A stretch of DNA of 63,480 nt, filler included, from Octopus bimaculoides (lineage: Eukaryota), in NCBI RefSeq assembly GCF_001194135.2. It is 12 parts of 9 records of this genome, joined end to end, with 100 filler letters (N's around TTAATTAATTAA, not from the genome) between each part and the next. Parts side by side here need not be neighbours in the genome. Positions count along the whole stretch, not along the records: positions 52,264 to 57,490 come from NC_069006.1; positions 57,591 to 59,351 come from NW_026428688.1; positions 59,452 to 60,938 come from NC_068984.1; positions 61,039 to 63,480 come from NC_068984.1; 8 more parts are not named here. One strand, 5' to 3'. Under the pieces are notes generated by a model. It did no database searches. It saw only the letters and a list, made by a program, of their open reading frames with translations, and was not told where the DNA came from. The position numbers and the translations under genes were made by a program. Shown here in pieces: positions 55,531-63,480 of this stretch; the first letter of the stretch is position 1; the number at the start of each line of letters is the position of its first letter.

Positions 55531-56794
55531 AGGTTAGCTGAGTTAGAGGTTAAAATAACCATCTAAGGGATAAAGGCATCCATTATACTTCTGGTATATT
55601 ACCTATATTTAAACATCGGCACACATATCATGCTCATGAAATATAGGTAAAGACAGGGATAAACAGGAGTTTATCAAGAATCAAAATTTAAAGAAAACAG
55701 GAAATGGAGATAATTCTGATGAACAACAATTGATTTACATCAGTTATTATTTATTAATGATTTACAGAAAACTACGTCCCATCTAACAGCTGTTTCTGCT
55801 GCCAATGTTCTATGGTATCACCATTATTATGCTAAAAAATATTTACCTTAGTTGGTAATAAAATCGATTTGAATCATGGAGCTGCATCAGTGTGGAAAAT
55901 AAATAAATGAATAAAAAGAAGAGAGAAGGAAAGGTTGAATATGGTGAGAATCATGTCAGGTTGCACATCATATAACCAGCACCCGTGGAGGTGGCACATA
56001 AAAAGCACCTTTCGAGCATTAAGCCTCATGGAAGCGAAGTGGTTGAGCTCGTAGGATGTTAAGTAAATGACTAAACTTTAAAAAGACCTATTTGGTGGGA
56101 TAATCCTTTGTATGGGTCATGGGTTGAATAAATAATAATAAAAGTGGTTTATGCAAATTGGACTGGTCAAAGAAGCAGTAACGATGCAATAAAGTGTTAA
56201 AATAATAATAATTTATAATTATGTTTGTAGTGCTAAGTAATAGTATTTATCATAATAAAGTGCTTATCAATTAATTGTAATTTTTACTTACCAATAGGCA
56301 TTTTAGTCAATCAACCTATTGTCCAAAGTGAGATAGACCAAGGTCAAACGCCTGATATAATTGGTCAGTTAGAATTTAAAAACAAATGACTGACTATTAA
56401 AACCATTAATGTGGAGTAAAGCAAATTTTCTGTCATCTATTATGACACATATACATTTTAAAGTCATTTTTCGTTAAAAAAAAAAACCAATAAAATAAGA
56501 GAAGCCCATAGTTTTTTTCAGGTTTTTACATGGAATAAATGATTCACAATACTCTTATAAAATTACAATAATTATCTTAAAATTTGAAGGTTGATAAAAT
56601 TATATTAAAATATAAACAATATAGTTAAATTTCTAAGATAAGATATATTTTATGTATTTTTATTGATTTTAAGGGTATCATAGATATTTAGAGTCATATT
56701 TAGACCTATGAAAACAAAATATTTTGTAGGAAGTTAGATATTAAAAGTTATCTCCCCTGCATTGAATATGAAAATAGAATATAANNNNNNNNNN

Positions 56795-56825
<31 letters not shown>

Positions 56826-56861
56826 GTGTGTGTAAATGTTTATATTTTCTTGTTGTTTCAG

Positions 56862-57004
56862 GTAAATTTGAAAGTGTGGAAACAATGGGTATAAATATAT
56901 CATTAGAATTATTCAAACAAGTAAATGTGTCAGCCCCTAGTGATGCAGATTTAAAAAAGGTGTTGCAAGAAGATCACAGCGGAGCGAGACCCAACATGAA
57001 AAAC
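56862..57004 (+). CDS. Candidate internal coding exon of an unidentified host gene (phase 1 to 0)
   Basis: Polypyrimidine acceptor ttttcttgttgtttcAG|, donor AAC|GTGAGT, 47 open codons KFESVETMGINISLELFKQVNVSAPSDADLKKVLQEDHSGARPNMKN. Not recognisable as a repeat. Confidence 0.55.
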
Positions 57005-57414
57005 GTGAGTGTAGCTTCCTAGCTTGTTTACATTAAAAAATCGGTCATAAATAATATAATACAAACTATATAACAAAACAAAAAAAGCTTGTGCTGAGTG
57101 AGTTATGAGAATGAGTTTTTCAGTTGAAATACTGAACCGAGAAGCTTGTTTGCGAAATTAACTTACAAGTGGTTGAGCACTCCACAGACATGTGTACCAT
57201 TAATGAATTTCTCAGAGAAATTCAGCATGATATAGAATGTGACGAGGCTAGTCCTTTGAAGTTACAGGTAGAACTCATTTTTGCCAGCTGATTGGACTAA
57301 AAGTAATGTGGGACAAAGTGTTTTGCTCGGGGACATGACGTGCTGCCAGAAATCAGGCTCACTACTTTACGGGTGTGGCCGAATAACCAAACCACTAACC
57401 CATGCAGTACAGAC

Positions 57415-57490
<76 letters not shown>

Positions 57491-58021
57491 NNNNNNNNNN
57501 NNNNNNNNNNNNNNNNNNNNNNNNNNNNNNNNNNTTAATTAATTAANNNNNNNNNNNNNNNNNNNNNNNNNNNNNNNNNNNNNNNNNNNNCACACACACA
57601 CACACACACACATAGATCGATATATACAACGGGCTTCTTTAAGTTTCCGTCTACCAAATTCACTCCGAAAGCTTTGGTCGGCCCAAGGCTATAGTAGAAG
57701 ATACTTATCCATGGTGCCACGCAGTCGGACTGAACCCGGGATCAAGTGGTTGGGAAGCAGCCTTCTTACCACACAGCCACACCTGCGCCTTAATGTAAAC
57801 AGTGTACATCCCACAAATGCTCTATGCATTTTGTTCTTCTGACACAGATGCAAGTGCATTAAAATACTACATGTTTGGAATATTGAATGTGGGGAACGAT
57901 ATAATAGACTTACCCCTCCCCTAAAATTGCTGGCCTTGTACTAAAATTTGAAACCATATTAATTACTACAACTACTACTACTACTACTATTACCACCACC
58001 ACCACCACCACCACCACCACC

Positions 58022-58049
<28 letters not shown>

Positions 58050-58056
<7 letters not shown>

Positions 58057-59110
58057 CATGCTCAGCTTGTTGCTGGAGGTCTGTCATGAATATATCAGCT
58101 CTTCACTTCCCGTGAACTAAGGTGATGCTTTCTTTTCAAGTCTCGAGAATTTTCCGGAGACTCTTAGCACTTGCCAAATCCCGTTTTCTGGGTGTGCTCT
58201 ATTTTCATTTTCATGTCAATCTTTTCCGACTAACATCTAATTTCATTGTTCTCTTTACCTGGGGTACGGAGCAATTACACTGTGTAACACGATTTTAGTT
58301 TTTGTTTAGCAACTGTTATTTCCTATTTGCTTACCCCTAAAAAGTATAGAAAATGGCGAATATTTCCAACAAACTTTGCTTTTGTTACATTTATTCAAAC
58401 CCCAAAGAATCTCTCTCAGTACGTGGCTATAATGCTTCCTCACTACTTCTGCTCATGATCGAAGATGCACATATTGTCTGCCACTAAGGAACACGGTCAA
58501 GTGGTTATGGTCAAGCAACTGACAAGTAAATTTGTGGTATTGAGCAGAATATTTACTTTGATGATATTTCTGCTTCAGTATCTCAGCGCTGAATCTGTTT
58601 GAAATGAAATGGAAAATAGTTCAGTTTCAAAACATTGATGTCCATCCAGGTCACAAAAGCAAAGTTTAAAGGGGATAGATAGAAGGGAATAGATTTCTAG
58701 AAGTATATAGGAGATAACACTTACTGACCAAAGACAAAAAAAAAAAAAAAAATTACACAATGTTTTCATAGACGACAGATTTAATCCTCTCTTCGCGACA
58801 GTTTTCTTTCTGTTTTTACGATGATTCTGCTGTGCCCAGAGCAAGCAGTATCCATGATCAGGCACGATTTTCCACATGTCTACCAGCATAAATCGGGTTT
58901 CTGATGTTCGATTCCATGATCACATTGGATTATGAAGTCCCAAAATGTCTTCGCTTCGTCATTTTCTACCATATCCCATTTTCTCGCTTTTTTTCAATTC
59001 AAACTTGTCACATAGTTCCCTGTGAACCATTCTAATGACATTGTTATGCCTTCTCTTGTATTCTCTCTGGGCCAATTTGCTGCATTTGCTTCAAATATGC
59101 TGTCTTTCCA
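58050..59110 (-). mobile_element. R4/Dong LINE RLE/3' end, split by a nested insertion
   Basis: CSKLAQREYKRRHNNV..FWDFIIQCDHGIEHQKPD (59.1-58.8 kb). IEHTQKT..SLRKILET* resumes at about 58.2 kb. Confidence 0.8.
58281..58750 (+). mobile_element. Poly(A)-tailed repeat with an 8-bp target-site duplication
   Basis: AATTACAC at 58273-58280 and 58751-58758, with an A-run immediately before the second copy. Confidence 0.7.
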
Positions 59111-59828
59111 GCAATTTAGGGGAGAGTTAATTCGATTAAATTAACCCCAGTGATCGACTGGTACTTATTTTATCGACCCTAAGAGGATGAAAGGCAAAGT
59201 CAACCCCGGCGGCATTTGAATCCATAATGTAAAGACAGACGAAATGCCTACGATTCTGCCAGCTCACCGCCTTATATGGTCACAAATATTAAAGTAAGAA
59301 AGTAAAATGTAATTATTTTTAAGGTATTTATGTTCAGTAGAATATATTTAANNNNNNNNNNNNNNNNNNNNNNNNNNNNNNNNNNNNNNNNNNNNTTAAT
59401 TAATTAANNNNNNNNNNNNNNNNNNNNNNNNNNNNNNNNNNNNNNNNNNNNCTCGTGTTACAAAGTAATTTTCTTTGTAAAGTAATTGTTGAATCTTGAA
59501 CAATCGACTGAAGCAGCTGACACCTTTCATGTTTCCAATGTCTTCAGATCATATACTTCAAAAGTTATTTATATTCTGACATTCATATTCTAAGCAATCG
59601 CATTTTTGAATAACTATGCTGAAAATTAAAATGGATTTCAAAAATGAATAGGTTTTTGCTAATACTCGTCGACTGTAGAGCTACACGTTATTTAAGAACG
59701 GTCTGAATTTGGGTGGAGAATAAACAGATCATTTAATGCAGGAATTGTGGCAAAGGCGAATCCGAAGACCCCCCCCCCCACCAGCCTTTGGTGACATGAT
59801 ACTATTAGGAATTTATATATGTATACTT

Positions 59829-59999
59829 TAGGACACTCAGTAAGTTGTCATAAATAGGATTCACAGTTTCAAATGCAGGAGCTAAGAGCTACGATGCATT
59901 TTCATCAGCTATTATAGTAGCTGATAAGAATGCATCGTAGCACTTAGCTCCGGCATTTGAAACTCTGAGTCCTATTTCGACAACTTAGTGATTACCCTA
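59829..59999. mobile_element. Fold-back of about 170 bp made of two divergent hammerheads (family E)
   Basis: Near-perfect inverted repeat centred at about 59912-59917. HHR motifs at 59853-59913 (-) and 59917-59975 (+). Confidence 0.8.
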
Positions 60000-60461
60000 T
60001 ACATACATATATACAGATAGATAGACAGAAAGACTGATAGATAGATATATGATAAAAAAAATATATTAGTATGTGTGAATGTCGTGTGCATCGAATGCAT
60101 GTATACACGTGAGGACGTGTGCACACTTAGTAAGGACAGGTGGTGTCAATCTTCATTTGTTTTTTCATCCTTCACACCTATACATATGTATGTGTGTGAG
60201 TATATATAAGTGTGCGACTGTATTACCATTTCAAATTATTTTCAGTTACTTTTTCAGTTGACACATTTTCTATGCAATTCGTAAATACTTTATGTCACGA
60301 ATGGCCGGTCTCATATATCATAAACCAAGTGACGTGACCAACGACATAAATTAAACTCTCAGCAATAACAGCGTAATATTTGCACAATTTTTACATTCTA
60401 CTTATGTATTGAGTATTTTTTTTCTCTTGTTTGTAAGCACAAACATACAACTGCGCACACG

Positions 60462-60506
<45 letters not shown>

Positions 60507-60874
60507 TTCTTGTGGAACCAGAGTGACAACATTGTCACTTCTCCAATACAATTGCGGATGAGAGTTTTGCATTTCTGCAGACATGGCAATGCAACTGGAT
60601 TATATAATTTATAATAAAACATAACGTAAGATGACGTTTATAAATATCCTTTTGTTTTACACAGACACACACAAGTAATTTGAATGCGGACTACTATAAG
60701 TTTCGTGCTTCTGATAATATAATAGTCGGACAGGCTAGTATAATGTACCTTGTATTATCGGGCAGATATTTATCTGTCACTGTATGGAACACATTTTGCA
60801 GATGTCATCACCAATGGGACAATACACCATCTATCTATCTGACTATCTGCAAATTTCCGTTTTGTTTTGTTTTC

Positions 60875-60938
<64 letters not shown>

Positions 60939-61038
60939 NNNNNNNNNNNNNNNNNNNNNNNNNNNNNNNNNNNNNNNNNNNNTTAATTAATTAANNNNNN
61001 NNNNNNNNNNNNNNNNNNNNNNNNNNNNNNNNNNNNNN

Positions 61039-61080
<42 letters not shown>

Positions 61081-61095
61081 CGCACGCACACACAC

Positions 61096-61126
<31 letters not shown>

Positions 61127-61290
61127 TATGTAGTCGATGGATGTGACAACTGTTCATGCTAAGGTGAAGTAAGGCGAAGGCTGAAATTCTTTAACTCGAG
61201 TCACCAATGTAACGGCAAAGATTTATTGCAACGGCATGTTGTAAGACGTGAAAGATGAATGAAGAACAGTGATTGAAGTTGTAAAGAGAT

Positions 61291-62188
61291 ATTTATTTAC
61301 CGTCACTTTGTATATATCCAAAACCACGATGAGTTGGTATGCATAACTAGTAAGTGGAAAAGCATGCGAGGTAAAAAGAGTTAATTTCGGCCAGCATGTG
61401 TGTACACGATCTCATAGTAGTATATATATAGAGAGATGGTAATGTTACAGAGGAAAGAAAGTGAGTTAGCGAAAGTGTGAGTAGTGGGACGAAACAACTG
61501 CTTCATTTGTGATTTACCATAGTGGTCCCTTTGTGCCGTTTCCTTTAGAGACGGCGCTTTGTTCAGTCGGTCAGCCGGTCAGCCAGACTCGGTTCTCACT
61601 AACTGACTTTGGCTTACGGGATTTTTGTTTTTATAACTATCCAAACCCAACCAGAAGGATAGACATATTGTTGAGAACAATAGATTTCGTTGGCGGTTTG
61701 TTATTTCTATTCTAGCTTTTGATGGCCTAGAAGAGGTTAGAAGGGTCAAGTGGCAAAGACATTATTCTGTTTAGTGAAGGCATCTGGCAAATGTAACCGC
61801 TGTCACTCACAGAAAAGCTATTGTTTTACCGTGAGAAAAGTGGTGTTGAACTGTTAAGTGAAATTTGGCTATCGATGATCGAATCCACGCCATGCCTGCA
61901 TGATGCTACTATTTCACTCCCCCTCCAGAGAGGTTCCGAGAAAAGGAAACGAACGATCGAGGAAGAGAAAAAATGCATGGCCGAGGAAAAATTTTGCATA
62001 TCAGAAGAGATCATTGAAATGTATACGGAACAGATATTTTTTTACCGTCACTTTATATATGTCCAAAACCATGACAGGTTGGTATGTATAACTAGTAAGT
62101 GGAAAAGCATGCGAAGTAAAACGAGTTAATTTCAGCCAGCTTGTGTGTACACGATCTCATAACAGTATATATAGAGAGGTAGTAATGT
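61291..62188 (+). repeat. Diverged direct repeat of about 155 bp (61291-61445 and 62036-62188), possibly DNA-transposon ends
   Basis: Clear alignment ttaccgtcacttt..aactagtaagtggaaaagcatgcga..gtgtgtacacgatctcat. The class is uncertain. Confidence 0.6.
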
Positions 62189-63243
62189 NNNNNNNNNNNN
62201 NNNNNNNNNNNNNNNNNNNNNNNNNNNNNNNNNNNNNNNNNNNNNNNNNNNNNNNNNNNNNNNNNNNNNNNNNNNNNNNNNNNNNNNNNNNNNNNNNNNN
62301 NNNNNNNNNNNNNNNNNNNNNNNNNNNNNNNNNNNNNNNNNNNNNNNNNNNNNNNNNNNNNNNNNNNNNNNNNNNNNNNNNNNNNNNNNNNNNNNNNNNN
62401 NNNNNNNNNNNNNNNNNNNNNNNNNNNNNNNNNNNNNNNNNNNNNNNNNNNNNNNNNNNNNNNNNNNNNNNNNNNNNNNNNNNNNNNNNNNNNNNNNNNN
62501 NNNNNNNNNNNNNNNNNNNNNNNNNNNNNNNNNNNNNNNNNNNNNNNNNNNNNNNNNNNNNNNNNNNNNNNNNNNNNNNNNNNNNNNNNNNNNNNNNNNN
62601 NNNNNNNNNNNNNNNNNNNNNNNNNNNNNNNNNNNNNNNNNNNNNNNNNNNNNNNNNNNNNNNNNNNNNNNNNNNNNNNNNNNNNNNNNNNNNNACTACG
62701 GAAAGAGAAATTGTAAACTATGGTAACTTTACTATCTTCATTTCTCCCTTGTTTTCTCCCTTCTTAACTCAGTATGACTGAAACTTTGACAATATTTATT
62801 TCTTCTCGATTACTACTAACACTAATGAACTTTGTACATTTAAACAAGCTGATGCACACTTTTTATATTATTGACTGTTATAAACATTTAAACTTGTCAA
62901 CATTGAAACTTTTAAAGGTGTTTTTCTAATACATAATTCTTAATTTTTACCATTGATAAACAAAAATTATTGTTGAAACTAGTTTGGTATATATGTGACT
63001 CTTTTACTCTCTTTTACTTATTTCAGTCATTTTGACTGCGGCCATGCTAGAGTGCCGCCTTTAGTCGAGCAAATCGACCCCAGGACTTATTCTTTGTAAG
63101 CTCAGTACTTATTCTATCGATCACTTTTTGCCGAACCGCTAAGTTTCGGGGACGTAAACACACCAGCATCAGTTGTCAAGCGATGTTAGGGACAGACACA
63201 CACACAAACACATACACACACATTCATATATATATACATATAC

Positions 63244-63292
<49 letters not shown>

Positions 63293-63480
63293 AAGTTTCA
63301 AATTTATACATTTAAAAAAGAGAGATTCCAGACCGGAGTTTTATATCCACGTTTTCATTCAATGTAAACATTTCTGTGTTTAACTATATTTAACCATTAA
63401 TAAGTTAAATATATTAGTCGTCTCACACGTCATCAGGAATGATTTTCATTAGAACAAAAAACCAAAAGAAAACATAATGA

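Noticed and set aside
63410-63445. Minus-strand CTGATGA-cgt gtgag acg
   Set aside because: Followed by ACTA rather than GAAA, with no stem I partner.

Overview
Animal genomic DNA that is AT-rich, microsatellite-dense and heavily gapped. The repeat families look like those of an octopus (inference from SINE/LINE types, not a database hit). Most of the window is decayed mobile DNA: a Helitron Rep fragment, a hAT transposase fragment, four Penelope-like (PLE) fragments, six R4/Dong-type (RLE) LINE fragments, RTE, CR1 and Tx1/L1-like LINE fragments, tRNA-derived SINEs and many simple repeats. There is no complete host gene, rRNA, tRNA or CRISPR array. One credible internal coding exon lies at 56862-57004 (+). 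The main signal not explained by the ORF track is about a dozen minimal type-I hammerhead ribozyme (HHR) motifs from at least five unrelated short-repeat families. One of them (47004-47048, minus) has a fully intact core. Their stem III differs in sequence but is repeatedly (near-)palindromic, and most carry an extra or mismatched A at the base of stem II. Three ORF-less loci (about 27.5, 39.3 and 59.9 kb) consist of two HHR-bearing arms arranged as a divergent inverted repeat. All motifs were read by eye and no folding or search was run. The TTAATTAATTAA linkers inside N-runs are assembly artefacts.
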